Shown: one piece after another, positions 1-15,200 of the stretch
Layout of the letters: every line of letters begins with the position of its first letter
Position numbering within the stretch: the first letter of the stretch is position 1
Assembly: GCA_000320545.1 (NCBI GenBank)
Contig: ADNK01002609.1
Coordinates: 1-64,000 of the forward strand
Length of the DNA: 64,000 nt
Direction: 5' to 3'
Origin: Bigelowiella natans CCMP2755
Lineage: Eukaryota; Protista; Cercozoa
Program-made: the position numbers and the translations under genes
The notes under the pieces: model-generated
The model's database searches: none
Seen by the model: the letters and a program-made list of their open reading frames with translations, nothing else
Told to the model about the DNA's origin: nothing

Positions 1-45
<45 letters not shown>

Positions 46-73
46 ACATTATACAATATGCGGTAATTATCAG

Positions 74-412
74 GAGTTTCATATCGAGCAAGTCTCCAGG
101 AAGTTTTCATGCCTCTGGGAAATGTCCAGTTTGCTCTTGCTACCTGTTTTGGAACTAGGGAACGTGGTGCAGCAAAGGTGACAATAGAGATCGCCATCCC
201 AACTTTAATTGAGTCATAATCTACACACGCATAAATTTGTATTAATGGAGAAATGAACGAAGATTACGTGGTGGTGACAACAAAAATTGCTTGTACCTGT
301 TTTGCATCTTAGGTTGGGCAACGTGCCAAAGGAGGAACTCCATGATTTCCTCAAGAGCAGAAGCGACTATGCGAAACAACGCATCAATATTCTAAGTCTC
401 CTTAACATATAA
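74..412 (+). CDS. Last two exons of an unknown gene starting left of the window (74-177, 313-412)
   Basis: cag|GAGTTT...CAAAG|gtgac and ttag|GTTGGG...ATATAA join in phase 2 to read EFHIEQVSRK...VVQQRLGNVPKEELHDFLKSRSDYAKQRINILSLLNI*. No family recognised. Confidence 0.5.
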
Positions 413-639
413 TGAACGCCAAGCTGCCGATAAGGCTTAGAAAGTCTTAAAGTACACATGCTAGCATAGCGTCCTCAAGAACATCAGCAAAAATGTCTAG
501 ATGTTAATTGTACGGTGCACAATTCCTCACCATTCAACATGCTAAAGAATTGTGCCCCGCATTGTTGCAGCTACCTCATTACAAACAGGACAAATGCAAC
601 TAATGTTGTAGCATCGCATTCTAGTTCGCTAGTCTTGCA

Positions 640-1660
640 ATGCATGTCAATATAGCGTGCACGAATGTGAAGTGTGTGTGTGTGTGTGTGTGTGTGTCTG
701 TGTGTGCATCTAGCTAGCCGCCAGCTCTGAAACTATGAGCTCGCTGGCGTACACTAGACACTAGTGCGATGCATGGTAGGAGCTGTGGCATGTAGTCTAG
801 TACGTAGTAGCCAGTCTAGCTGTGGACACGTGCTAGAGTGCGCTGCATGGCTTGCACTTAGCATGCTACTAGCATGCGTCTCCGCCGCTGGCTGCCATCT
901 AGCTACCTAGCGACACCCATCTAGGATGTCCTAGCCATGCTACCATGTAATAGTGAAAATTTAGCGCCAGCTAGCCCCACTAGCCCACAGCGTTCGCATT
1001 GTGGCCGCTGCTTTTTGTATATGAGTCGGATGTATGAAATGTTTAAATTGTTTCAATGGTCATCCTTTTTGTATATACTTTGGCACAGACCTGAGACCAT
1101 TCTGCTAGCATTCTAGCAATACAAAAAAATGATTTGTTCACACATGCATTGCATCCATCGCTCAACATCTAGAACATCGTATATCGAGAAGATCTTCTCG
1201 CTATCTAACTATGTCTAGCAGATGTGCAGCTAGCGATAAATGGCTAGATGGGCCGCGCTTCTTGCTTGTTTTCTAGCAAGTGTGATGCAATCTAGCAATT
1301 GTCGCTACGTTCTAGCGCTAGCCAGTGCGTTCTAAGGCTTGCTAGCTTGCATGCTAGCTTGGGCCTTCTAGCTAAATAGCCCAGCATTCTGTCATCACTA
1401 GATCATCATTGCAAATGAAGACATCTACGACATGTCATGATCGATACATGCTTGCTAGCATGCACAAGCGTCACATGCATTGATCAGTCCCGTCTTATTA
1501 CATGCTAGTATGGCCAGATGGCTAGGTGGCTAAGCCATGCTAGCATGACATCAACGAAGCCCTTCTACTCGTGCATGTTACACGCTAGCTAGCACGAAGC
1601 ATGCAGCAGTAGGGGTCGCAATGTTTATTTTACTAGCTAGCTAGCTGTGCTGCACGTCTG
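640..1660. other. CTAG/GCATGC/TGCA-rich tract at a convergent gene junction
   Basis: Dense ctag, agct, gcatgc and tgca palindromes between the + gene stop at 412 and the - gene stop at 2338. Boundaries approximate. Confidence 0.7.
1011..1076. mobile_element. ~42 bp micro-insertion with 12-bp flanking direct repeat
   Basis: ctttttgtatat at 1011-1022 and 1065-1076 flanks gagtcggatgtatgaaatgtttaaattgtttcaatggtcatc. A related copy lies at 48190-48229. Confidence 0.55.
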
Positions 1661-2337
1661 TGCAATTAAGGTAATCACGTCCGGATGAGATCGATAAATG
1701 TAAAATCATCATACTAGCTGAGAAAATTTGTTCCTTGCGGATTCATCATAAATGCCATGCATGATACTACATACTAGCAGGATTTCGATTCTAAAGTTGA
1801 GTTACTGCAGTTTATCATGTAGGTTTGCTCTTATAGAACTGTCCTCCAACGGGTGGCAAAGCTTCACACACATACGACTCATCGCTGTATGCTTTTCTAA
1901 TGTGCCCTTCTTGCCTTTACAGTATCATTCTATTATAATAACGTTGGGGAGGGACGTTCGGGACGACTGCGCTTATGGATTTATATCTCTTAATGTAAGT
2001 ATTGAGAAGATGGATAACGCGAGGTTCAACTTCGAAGACTATGTTTAGACAACGCTACCACGTCGAAAATTAGAGGCATTTACGAACCCCTCTTGCAATG
2101 TAGGGTTTTGTGCTTCGTTGTACTGTCGAAACTCCTTAATTTTTTTAAAGACTTTAGTGAAGCGCACAAAGACTGATGACGTGACTTGGTTTTAGCTACT
2201 TGCCGGTGGCAGCTTTGGAAGAATGGAGAATGTACAATAGACTAGTGTGTCAAGGGAGAAAGAACCCCTAACTCGATAGCCCACATAATCATCAGTTAAT
2301 ATTAAATCTGTGGTGGTTGATTACTGCACGTGATGAT

Positions 2338-3157
2338 TCACGATAACTTCAGGATGTCGATTTCGTCTATAGCTATCGCCTCAGAACGACACTGCTCGGA
2401 GCAAAACACTTGGTCAAGATACATGAACATGCCTTTATAAGTGGACGCCCTTTTGCACATCACGCATAAGTGGTTGCCATTCTCGTCAAAAGCGCGCTCA
2501 ACACGTAGCTTCTTCATCTTGTTCGGAGGCGCAAACACCATTTTGCCATCCCAAGAACTGCTGCCTAGGATACGGTCAAAGCTGTGACTCTGCTGGAGGG
2601 ATCGATGGTCGGTGGAGCTAGCGCTGGCTGCTGCCTGGCATTTTTGCCGCCTTTTTCTCTTCGTAGACTGGAACATCGAGGCGGAGAGATTTCGCGATCT
2701 CTGAGAGCGTTTGAGGGCTATCGGTGCACTACTTTGCAAGCCACCGCTTCTATTCTGTACCGGAGAACCGGATGATCTTCTAGTGGTTCCTAAATCTCCC
2801 TCTTGATTTAGAATGGTAGGGGTTGGAGGTGATGAAGTAATGTCAAAGTGGCCAACAATGCCGCTGCTAAAGCTGCAAAAGCTGCTTTGACTCAAACACT
2901 GGCTATTGACGCTACTCCCTCCCCTCTGCTTGCAAGGGCGGGGGGACGATGGTGGAGAGGATGCTATAGTTCCAATTCTCTGGGATTGAAGCATGTTTGT
3001 TGGAGGAGCCCCTGTCTGGGCCTTTGGGGTGTCAATGATCGGAATGACCAAGAACTAAGAAATACATAAAGGATCGTTAGATTTTCTCTCATCATCATAG
3101 CATCTACTTTACTCTCTTGAAATGTGTAGAGAAACTGTCGCATGTTCTCAATGTCAT
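2338..3157 (-). CDS. Ser-rich protein with C-terminal FCS-like zinc finger (FLZ/DUF581-like)
   Basis: ORF 2338-3051 ends HLCVMCKRASTYKGMFMYLDQVFCSEQCRSEAIAIDE (C-x2-C-x16-FCS-x2-C with MY and CR...DE). The short first exon from ATG 3157 is tentative. Confidence 0.7.
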
Positions 3158-5370
3158 GCATGGATCCTTATGAAATCCTTCATGAAGCTCGTTTCACAGG
3201 TGAGAAATGAGACTTCCATCTAAAGAAACATCGGTAACGGAATGAAATATTTTTAACAGAATGCAAGAAGGAGGGCTCTATCTCACAAACGATCGGCTCA
3301 GGAAAGGCGAGGGAGGAGGGACCTTTAAATCATTCGGTTTAAAAGGCCGGAAGTAATTTGGTGTGGGTCTGAGGTGATAGAGGTCCCTCTCGAGAATTCC
3401 CCGACAAATTGAGTTCGCACACATCGCACCACGAGAAATTAAAATGTCGAAATTTCCATATTATTTGTAAGATCCATATATTCGTTTTTCCAAGGCTTCA
3501 AGCATGAATATGTTCTCAAAAAATGGCTTGTTTCCCTGATAAATATAAAATTTCCCTAATTTTATTGATAAAGCCTTAAACGGTTTGCTAATAATATAAA
3601 TCTGCAGACGAATAATTAATCTTCGTGATTTCATCTCGTGTGGATTTATCAGCCCGAAAAGCGGAGCTTTTTCCCAGTAATAAAACAAACGGGAAACAAA
3701 CACATGACTACCCCATCTAGAGATGGAGTGATATAGGTAATTTTATTTCAGTTGCGTGAACACCCCTTTTTAGCACCCAAATATGCGTTTCAAAGAGAAA
3801 TCATCAGGAAATCTGGAGAGGTTTTGCCTGCGTTAATAATCTAATGAACCCTTTATCAATCTTCTAGTACATGTACATGTATCACATTTACTATTTCACC
3901 CTCCCTTTACCTTCGAGTATTAATAGGGTATGCGCCACCGATGACTGTAGGTGCTTCAGTGCTTCTGGCTGGTCGCGTGATCGTTTGCATCGCTTGGGGA
4001 GAAAATAGAAGTGGGAAGAAGAGTCAAAATGCTACTTGGCAATGCCGCACATGCATTTGCTAAAACGAACATTTAGAATTCTGCAGTTCTTTCGATTTGG
4101 ATCGATTTGGTTCTTACGGCAGGCTTTTATGGATGTCACAGCAATGAAAGGTAGTTATTTTTTGTTTTCGTGAACAGCGTATCCTTTTTGGATAGTGTCT
4201 CGACACATTTCGGGCAAAAATGCATGCGGTATTCGAGCTTGCGACAACCTCAAGCCTTGTCCTCGCGTCGCTCAACTCCACCCAGCCTGTAACGGCAAAA
4301 AATGGCGGAAGGCCTGGGCCAACGCTATGAGCCGGCAATGCCACCATAAATCATAATTTAGATACAGGTGGCGGTGAATTTCGATCGTGACTTAAGGTAT
4401 TGATGATTCTTTCTCATTTGGAAGCCTAACGATAACTAGCTACAGCTAAATGTTGCCGATTTTGGTTCGAGTTTGTTTCGAAGCGAAAATAAAACCACTC
4501 TGAAATTCCTTGGTTCCTGCCTTATCGTTGCCAAAAGAGAACGGTTTGCAGATTTGCATGTTACTCAGTTAAAATCTTAAAGCAAAAACAAATGTAATGA
4601 ATGTTAATGACTGAATGCCCCACCTACATCGATTCAGAGAGTTCATCGACGGAGGCTTTCATCTGGACATTGCCAGGCGAAGAGTTGCTCTTCATCGAGA
4701 CAAAATGGATCTATCTCAAAGCCTTTCTCAACTGAGGGTCAAAACTAAATTCTGATCTTGCACCGCCATTTTGGCCATTTCGGTTAATGCGCCAAGCTTT
4801 TACCTCATGATCCTTCTGTTTTTTATAGCGCGATGTCAGTAGCCAAGATGGGGAAAGGAAGAGTGGAGCTGATACTAAGCATGGAGGAACTCCGGGAAGG
4901 AAAAATAACATTTCTTTTAGCCGTTTCCCGACGGTGCTCAGGGTTGGGAATAACTTAATCAGTTGCATGACGTACCTCTTTTGTAGTGAAGCGTGACATC
5001 TCTTAAGTTCTCTTCGTGTATTATTCAGAACTCCACCGTCATGTTGGAAGCCCAGCAATGTACACACGTATACTTTTTCATTAAAAGAGAAAAGCATAAA
5101 CTTTGCGTTGTTTAATCCAAACTATTTAGCCGGAATATTCCAGCGACCGGACCCTGGAGCTGCGCGGGTGCCTGAACCAGGGTCTGTGTCTCTCCCCCCC
5201 TCTCCCCTGCGCCGCATTTTCTTTTCTTATTCTTCATAGTCTTCACGCCCTCCCTATACCCCCCACTCAACCACCCATCCACCCCAATTCCATTGGGGGG
5301 TTCCATTGGGGGGTTGGTCTCTCTCGCTGGAAAGCAAGATGAGGATCTTCGTTTGGATGTTTGTTTTCAG

Positions 5371-6298
5371 GGAAGTCTGGAACTTGACGGTCATGATCAA
5401 GGAGGCAAAGGGTCTAGCCCCAATGGACTCCAACGGTTAACCACTTTAGTAGGAGGGTTTCGTCGATGTTCATCGGGCGTTGTTGGTCGACTAACAAAAG
5501 CGTTGTGTCGCTATTGTAGGGAAATCGGATCCATACATAGAGTTTGATGTCATCGATTCACATGGACGCGCTGGTAATGTCGGCGTTGGAATACAGTTCT
5601 ACTTACAATAGGAAATGCATATCTATGTGCTATAAATACATTGCACAACACAACATTATTACAAGTGTAGCTCGCAATATGGTATCAATCTGCCACATCC
5701 TACCCACCGGGGGGGCATCTGGGAAAAAATCGATCATTTCCACATACACAGTCCAGGCGAATGAAATTCTTTCGTTGTTCCTTCGTGCTTTTGTGTGCTA
5801 TTAGCCTTCCGTCGTAAGACGCCAGTAGTGAAAAAAAACCTCAACCCAACGTGGAACATGCTCTACAACAAAATACCGCAGAAGGTCGTTTGCTATGATT
5901 CAGCGAGAAAATGCGTGCGTTTTCTGGAACATTGTATTGAGAGCTAAAAGGACGCTCAACCGTGAATTATCCGCACTTGCGAGGGGTGGCAGCTGAAGAT
6001 GATTTGTTTTGCGTAGGTTATTGACGATTTCTACAGCCTAAAGTTCGTTTGTAAGGATCATGACCTCTTTGGAAACGATGACTTCATGGGTATTATTACA
6101 GTGGCAAACACGAGGGAAGGAGAAAGGGGAGAGATGGTTTGCCAGGGCTGTGTTTTTTGAGATCATCATTTGCAAGAGGATTCTCTGGAACGTAGAAAGA
6201 CAAGTGGAGTGTGCATTCGACCCATCACTGTCCGTGTGTGTGTCAGGTGTTGCGACGATAAAACGGAAGGAAATTGTTGAAAGGATCTATCCTTCTGG

Positions 6299-6329
<31 letters not shown>

Positions 6330-6931
6330 CATGCTCTTCTGTGTAACAACTATCACACTATTACTCAGCTATCTCGTTATCAATGTGGTACTAATGATTC
6401 CACGTCTTCCACATTTTGTTTGCTTTATAATTTGTCAGATATAATCCTGTGAATGGAGGTACATCGAAGTATTCTACTGTGCGTCTCCCTCTCTCTCTCT
6501 CCCCCCCTCTCTCTTTCTACATTTATGGATTACTTCGACGATGATGATGATAATGATGTGATGATGCGTATGTTCCAACAGGGGTGCCAACGTTAACGAG
6601 AAGAAGGCCTGGAAAAGTAAGAATAGATTGTAAACAACAACTTGTTTACTTCATCATTTATGAGTACCTATTTTCCCACTGTCAAGTCCATGTATCTATC
6701 CCTCAGACGTTGGCCGTTCGTCGTGCACGTGTGATTTGTTCTAGAAATCTATGTGATGGTGATATATACCCCCCCCCCCCCCCTCAGGTGTTGAGATAAT
6801 CGTCGTCAGAGCAAAGAACTTGCTGGCTGCAGATTCAGGAGGTAGAAAATATGTGGATATACCATGTGCACTAATGGTTCCAGCTATCAATGTTGAAAAC
6901 CTCGCGTCTGGTCTTGATGCAATGTTCTATT

Positions 6932-6974
<43 letters not shown>

Positions 6975-7354
6975 TTTGTATACATGCTCTCGTGTGTCTG
7001 CGCGTGTTTTTGTGTGTTAATGGCTTGACTCAAAACATTCATTCGTTAGGAACTTCTGATCCCTACGTCGATGCATACATCATCGACGACAGAGTCAACA
7101 AAGGTTGTCGTGCATCATCGTCGTCATCATCATCCATCATCATCATCGTCTTTGTTGTTGTCACCATCGCTGTGGTAAAGCTGTGTGCTGAGCCGTCTGT
7201 CTTGGCAGTTGTGAAGCAGAGTACGAACACCATTACAAAGACCCTCAACCCTGAGTGGAACTTCATGCTCAAGATGGTTCATTCAAAGGTAGTCGTGACA
7301 GTGAGTATTCATTCATTTCACATGCGCGTGCCTGTGTAAGTGTGGATTTCTTCC

Positions 7355-7399
<45 letters not shown>

Positions 7400-7856
7400 T
7401 CCCCCCCAATTTGCCTACTTCATCTCGTCGGTTCCTTGATGACGCATTCCTCCTTCCTCCTCGCCCTCGTCCCCCTCCCGGTCCTCCTCCTCCTCTTGTC
7501 GTCGTTTGGCAGGATCTGATAGGGTTTCGAGAGATTCGCTTTGACGTGTTTGACCGAGATATTATAGGCTCGAATGACTTCCTAGGTGGGTTGCTAGCCC
7601 TCCATTCTACATCTGAAGCATTTTTGTGCATGTGGGAAGATTTACCAATCGGGCCAACGGGTGAGAGAGGGGGGGGTGCGGGCGGGATGTTGTCGTGAAA
7701 TGGGTAGATTTTTTAATGCGAATGTTAATGATCCCCGCTGCATACCTGCTCAGGCCAATGTGTGGTCTCTGCCCACCAGCTCATGACGGCAAAGCCGGTT
7801 TGTGAAGAAAGAATATGTGTATATTAACAAAGGATTTACATGTTGTGTGCGTGCAC

Positions 7857-7890
<34 letters not shown>

Positions 7891-8128
7891 TATTAATAAT
7901 TCACGCAGCGTAGCGAACGGAAAACATCCTATGATCCCGTTTGATCATGTCGTGTTTCGTGCAATAGGAAAGCAAAGACGAGGAGGGGTTCATAGACTTA
8001 ACTTTGAAGTTGGAAAAGCGAGAAGAGAGCAAAGACGACGGAAAGGTACCGCCTTTCAACAGCAGAAGCGACATCTCCCTATAGATTCGTTATAATATTC
8101 TATGAATCCATAATATATTTATATAGAA

Positions 8129-8168
<40 letters not shown>

Positions 8169-8513
8169 CCGCGGTACCCTCGAAGTTAGAATACGAGCAG
8201 TGCAGGCCGAGCTCCCTTGCAACCCGAATCTGCCTTCCCTCTCCGGTAAGTAAAGCTGCCCTGCCACCTGATGACTCTGCGACCTACCAATCAATCAACA
8301 TGTGATCATCCGCATGCCCGATGGCCTTTTCGTTGTTCGCAGCTCTCACGACTGGAAGAACTACCGGGAGGGGGACTGGACGAACTAACCCATCTTCGTA
8401 AGATGATTCATATGATGATGATTCATATGATGATGATGATGATGATGACGACGACGACGGCAGATGTGCCGGTTGCTGCTTTCTTCTCGATGCTACGTGT
8501 ATACAACATATGT

Positions 8514-8557
<44 letters not shown>

Positions 8558-9173
8558 ACATATATATGTGTGTGTATATACTGCTGCTGCTGCTGACACT
8601 ACTAGCAAGAATACGGTTATAAACGAGTTGGTGCTGAACGTGAGCGCTGTTGTTTGCGGCGTCGTCTATACAGGACATTTCGAGGGAAAAGTGTATCTTT
8701 GTCCATCCTCGTAAAATCCGCTACAAACCTTCTAGGTGAAGATGACTTAGAGCTCCCTTCTTTTCTGGGGGGAGGGCGAGGGGAGGGGGGGGGGGTTGGG
8801 GAGTCAGGACAACATTCTTCAACGATTTTAATCACAGGCCACTTTCCGGAGAAAATCCGCTAATATCAAATCGACGCTCGTCATAATTTCTTCCTCTCAC
8901 CCAATATGTGCTTGGAAGATTGGCCCCTTTTGTGTGTGCCCTATTGAATCTGACTCTCAATTCTCACTCAACTGCCCCGCTCCTGCTCTGTTTCTAACCC
9001 TTGCAGCGATGGATTCTGGAGGCACCTCTGACCCTTACGCGACGGTGGCGCTCATTGACCACAACGGCAAACAACGTGAGGAAGATATCGTCTTCTCTGT
9101 CGCATCATAATTTTCTGCATGTACGCGAAATTGCAATGCACGGTTTATCGGCGCTAGTTCAATATTTGAAGAA

Positions 9174-9223
<50 letters not shown>

Positions 9224-9382
9224 AGTTGTCCCCCTCCTCCGCACCACTTATGTTCTTCCCGTGCTTGCCTTCCTATTTCCCCCATAAATCCCAACAGTTG
9301 TGAAGAGAAGCAGCAATACAATAAAGAAGACTCTCAACCCGGTAATTGACGTTTCTGAGCTGGTTTATGTCGTTGGTTCTAC

Positions 9383-9423
<41 letters not shown>

Positions 9424-10349
9424 TATATTGACCGACGACGAGGTCAACAGGCCGTCTCTCTTTGCTGCCAATAACCACACATTCCCTTAACCCTACCACT
9501 TCCCTTCCCCCCTCCCTCCCTCCACCACGCAAACGACAGGTCTGGGACTGGGATGTGCCCAGGATACCGAGATCGGTATAGAAACACCTTCATCATGCCA
9601 AATCGAAGGGCGGCGCTTGCTGCGAAGGCGGCAAAACTACCATCTTTGGCACGCACGCTGCTCCGTTGGCATTCAACGCACTTCTTCTTAAGCATAGCCT
9701 TTTCTGTATTCCACAGGCAATGAACGAATTTGAGCATATACAGCTGGAAATATTCGACCATGACGTTATAGGCACCGATGATTTTATCGGTCACAACATA
9801 CATATTCACGTGCATTTAATCTGAGAAGAATTGTCTCTCTGGTTCTCCCCCCCCCCGTTTCTCTCTCTCTCTCTCGTTCTCTTACTGTGTAACACAAGTT
9901 CGTGTTTGACTTTTGATAACATGCTGCTGCTGCTGCTGCTGCTGCTGCATGCTATACACAACAATGACAGGCCAAGCCGTGCTTCATAGGGCAACTTTAG
10001 CAGAGAAAATTATAAAAAGAGGAGAGGTAAATAATTACCACTTTCTTCGATTCTCTCTTCCCCCCTCCCTCTTTCTCTTCCCTTATTTCTTCCTTCAATG
10101 TATTCATTTATAGAAGAATCAGGGTGCTAGCGATATTATTGCGTGTCCTATCACTGCGTGTAGTCAATACTACCTTGAAATCCCCCCCCCCCCCCCCTCC
10201 ACAACCTGATTGTACAACAACAATCTCCTAGGAGACCGGGATCTTAGAGAGTGAGCCTGTAATCTTGGAGGTAATTAGCACGAAAATACACGATGTAACA
10301 CCTATGGCGAGAGATGAACATTTTATACAAGCATATTAACTATATATAC

Positions 10350-10393
<44 letters not shown>

Positions 10394-11224
10394 ACATTGA
10401 TTGATTGATATATATATATACCAACGTCGTTTTGATGCTACACATCAATGCGCGTGATGTTCAGATTCCGCTGCGACAGAGAGTGGGGAAGGTCTCGAAA
10501 TTCGTTCCTACCGGGAAAGTCAAAGTAAGAGCAGCCGACGATGCGACTTATTGCCCGCTGCATTATTGCCCTGCATTTCGGATGGCGACGAGACTTTCAA
10601 TAAAAACTATTTGGCCTTGTTTCTTCCCCGTGTTTTGCTTGCTGTTCAGATTGAGGTCGTTCTGAAAGATGGCGCTACTTCTCGAGCGTCATCTAGATCT
10701 GGGATAAGGTAGATGTACACTATCGTTCTCTCGCCATCGTATTCTTCTCACACAGCGGGCTCTTTCTCCTTCCTTGCTTCCTTTTAGCCAAAGATCAATG
10801 GTGGCTTTAGACTGGGAACTTGGTGTTTGTGTAGTGTCGGCAGAGAACCTGCCCGCTGCTGACAGGTGTGTTCCTATCTATTCATCTTCTTCTTCCCTAT
10901 TATTACTTCTTCGAGTTCTGTTTATTTTCTTTCCGCTTCTCTCCCTCGCTCTGGTTGGCTACCGTGCGCGTGTTGCGGCTTATATTGTTGATTATGCTTT
11001 GCCATGGCAGCGGAGGCACTTCGGACCCTTTCGTCCAAATAATCTATCTCGACGCAGCCGACAAGCCGAGTACAAACAAGCATACAACGGCATTCACTTT
11101 TCCCCCCAAAAAATTACCACAATGCTGCTCTTCTTTGTAGATGCTATGCAATTTAACGTGTGTATTCATTTTCCCGTTTGTTATTTTTCACCACTATCTT
11201 CACCATCATCATCATCGTCATCAC

Positions 11225-11258
<34 letters not shown>

Positions 11259-11964
11259 GTTGTATTAGCTGCGACCGACAAAACTCATAATTTTGTCAGT
11301 TTTGACGAAGAAAAGCGGTGTGGTGAAGAAGAACCTGAACCCTCGCTGGAACTTTATGGTTCAAAATTTGGATAAAAACGTAACTGTTCCCTTAAATAGA
11401 TTCCCCTTAGTTTTCTCGCTAAGAATGAGGTTTCGACAATTTGTAAAAACACATGCAAATATACACAAAATATCTAATATCAAAACTACAAATTATTTAA
11501 ATTGTTAAATATTGTATATAATATAAATAAATAAATATATATATATATATATTAATATATGAGAGTTCTTATTATTATTATCACTTTCCTCTCCCTCTAC
11601 ACTTTCGATATGGACACGCAGTGATAAAAAATTTCAAGGCGTTACGGTGAGTGTAATACACAAATTAATACGCATATAAACAGGAGAATGTTATTTGTAG
11701 GACGGGGGAAGGGGGGGGGGGGGGGGGGGATTTGGGTTCTTGGCGCCCAACGAAATGAATATAATCATCATCATCGTCATCATCGTCATTATCGTCATCA
11801 TCTTACCTCTCCAGGTTTGAAGTCTTCGATCACGACGTATTTGGATCAAACGACTTTCTAGGATGGACAACAATCACTCGGGCCGAGCTCCTGAAGAGCT
11901 GCACAAAAAATGTCAGTCCGATGTTCCACACACTTCCTCCTCACCATTCTCATACTTCTAACCG

Positions 11965-12014
<50 letters not shown>

Positions 12015-12223
12015 CTCTATCTCCCTCCCGCCCCATCTATAGGTGTATGGATGTAGCTTGTTTAACCAAAAGCTGAAAGAGAAATCTGAAGAAAAAGGTT
12101 CGCAGTCCAATGATGCTCTCCCTAGGAGAATTATCACAAATGTCCGTATTTTCTTCCAACTTGGGAGCAAAAGTTGGAATCCTGCTGTCTACAAATAAAC
12201 ACGCATACTTCCTCTCTCTCTTC

Positions 12224-12267
<44 letters not shown>

Positions 12268-12703
12268 TTTATCTCTGTTTGTGTGTTCTCATAAACATTG
12301 ATGTTCCAGATGTAGGTTCTCTCCAGCTGAAGATCAGATTTATGGTACGTACGTCGCAAAGACAAGGAGGAGAGTCAATAAGCAGTCAATGATCAATCAG
12401 CAGATGCCCCCTACTTCACCATTTTCATTTGATTTGATGATGATGAGAATGATGATGATGATGACGATCCGCGCTCTCTGTGGAAGAAAAATGTGGTGAT
12501 GGAGACGATGATGATTTTGAGAGAATACTTCCTCAGAGAAATCCTTAACATCTGTAATTTTTCTACTTCATCTTCTTCCTCGCTCTCCCTCCTTCAATTT
12601 CTGCATTGCCTTATGAACCGTCACAAAAGGATAAGGCGAATGCCGAGAGAACAAGAGAAAGGTACGATCTTTTACCTATAGCGTATTTGGAGGAGTAGAT
12701 GAT

Positions 12704-12777
<74 letters not shown>

Positions 12778-12971
12778 AATAATCATATTTTTTCCAAAAC
12801 GGAAAATATATTTCGTGTTAAAAACGCGCATGTACACGAAGGCAGCCAAACACCTCTTTTCCCCTCTTATATTGACCTCCTTCGGTGAGCAGATTGTTCA
12901 TATTTAATCACAATTCAGGCAGCCAAGACAAATCTCAATTGAAATCCATTCTGCGGAGGTGTGTTGTATGC

Positions 12972-13012
<41 letters not shown>

Positions 13013-14597
13013 CATTTGTATTGTATCTAGCATTGATGCGTATAAATTCGGTAGTTAGTTGTTGGTTGCTACTGAGATGGCCGTGCTCTTGAATATCTTC
13101 ACTCACTCTGTCATTCACCTTTCTATTGACTGCACACAGAATTTGGCCCCTCTTGATGGTGACACGTCTGACCCTTACGTAACGGTCTGGAATAACCATA
13201 AGAGCATTTATCAACCGCCCCCCGCCCCCCCCTCCACACAAAAACAATAAAACGGAACTAAAACTCCGCTTCATTCTGTCTTCTGCTAGCATTCCTATAC
13301 TCAATCTATGGATGGTTTGTGCGTGCTAGGTTGAGTTTCTGGATCCGTTTGGGACAACACGTATGTTACGATAGATGTTGGTGATGATGATAATGATGAT
13401 GGCGATGATGGTATGCTTTGTTCTCTCTCGATTATCAATGATTTTCGAGAGATATCCACCATCGAATGCGAGAATCCGATGGAACGATTGCAATACGTGC
13501 ATTCATACTACACAAAAAACAAACAAAATCAAATAGTAACTCGTATCCCCCTCGCCCCCCTCCTCCCACCCACCCACCCACCCCGTCTCCCTCCTCCTTC
13601 TACTGATCTATTCTCCCCTCCGACGATGGCGGAATGGGAAAATGGCGAGCAGTCTTCAAGACTCGGACCGAGGTGATGAAAAAGTCGCTCAACCCAACTT
13701 GGAGGCACGAAATCCTGGGCGTTCCCCAGAGCATTCTGAATCGTTTCAGCTGCCTCCGCTTCGAGGTGTGGGATCACGATGTGCTGTCGGCTGATGACTG
13801 TATGGGCCATGCTCTGCTCACAGCGTCGTCCATCGAGAGAGCCACGACCGTGGATGAAATAGAGGATAGCAGGGCCGAGGCCATCTGCGCCCCGTTCCCA
13901 CCGAAGACCTCGTCGATACGGCTCGAGGACGCAAAGAGCACAGAGTTTGACGAGATTGAGAAGAGCATGTTTAAGATGACCCTAAAGCCCCGGCCAGGGA
14001 TTAAGGACGTCGTGAGCGGCACTCTGCTCGTTAATGTGACCTGTAACGACCCTTACGCTATACAACTTGCCAAGGAGGTGTTACTACTAGTAATAATTGT
14101 AGCAGTTGCAGTTGTAGTAATAAAACAGGATAAGTAGTCGAGGAAGTATGTTGGATCGGTCATTTTCATACGTGCGTGCGTCTTTGCTGCGGGGGGGGGG
14201 GGGGGCGTGGTTGGCCATCATAGGGTCGGGGCTGATGGCAAAGTAGCCTCCAGCGACACTCGGTGAAAGGGAAAATGATTCTTTCAAAACGCACAGCATC
14301 TTTATTTGTGTACACCGTTGTTTTCTCCCCCGTGTATCACCATTAGGTAAGAGCCAATGAGGAGAAGAAGCTAAGAGCGGATATGATAAAGCTAGAAGCG
14401 AAGTCCAAGCTCCGAAAGGCGATGTCATTGGCCAAGAACTTTGGAAAGCAGTGGAAGGGCAAGGCAAGGATGGCGGCAATGCGGCGACAGCACGAAGAAC
14501 AGCACAAGAAGGCGAAAAAGGCTCGGCGAAGAATCCGCAGACTCTCTGCTCCTAGCACCGAGTAATGAATCTAGATTATTTGGCACATTATATAAAT

Positions 14598-14641
<44 letters not shown>

Positions 14642-14710
14642 GCACAACAGTTTGGTAAGCAGTTGAGTAAGAACAATATGGTTGAGTGGATATCTTGAGT
14701 AATGTGTGGG

Positions 14711-14745
<35 letters not shown>

Positions 14746-14771
14746 TTGAGTAAATATTGAGTAATGTGTAG

Positions 14772-14809
<38 letters not shown>

Positions 14810-15149
14810 TAATTTCATATATATTATTCACGCCATCACTATACAAAAATGAAACGATAGGTTGCGCCAGCTGTTGCGCAAGGAGCACACCAAGATAGTC
14901 CGACCCTCCGGCGACGACTTCAAGGAATTCAAAAAGCGTTCGAAGAGAGATAGGGTGCTGTACCGCATGGTAGAGCGGCAGTGGGAGGCCAGAAGTCCTC
15001 TTAGCGTCCACGTTGGCGAGAGGAAACGCTCACGTTCACCGGGGTATTTCACAGAAGCTCCGCCAAGACGTTGGGATGGAAGGACACTATGGCGACAGCA
15101 GGTAGTTGCATCATGACAGCATTCGTGCAGATGAACCGCAGTACACATG

Positions 15150-15200
<51 letters not shown>

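Noticed and set aside
1752-2048. 98-aa ORF
   Set aside because: No recognisable motif; lies in the 3' intergenic zone and is probably spurious.
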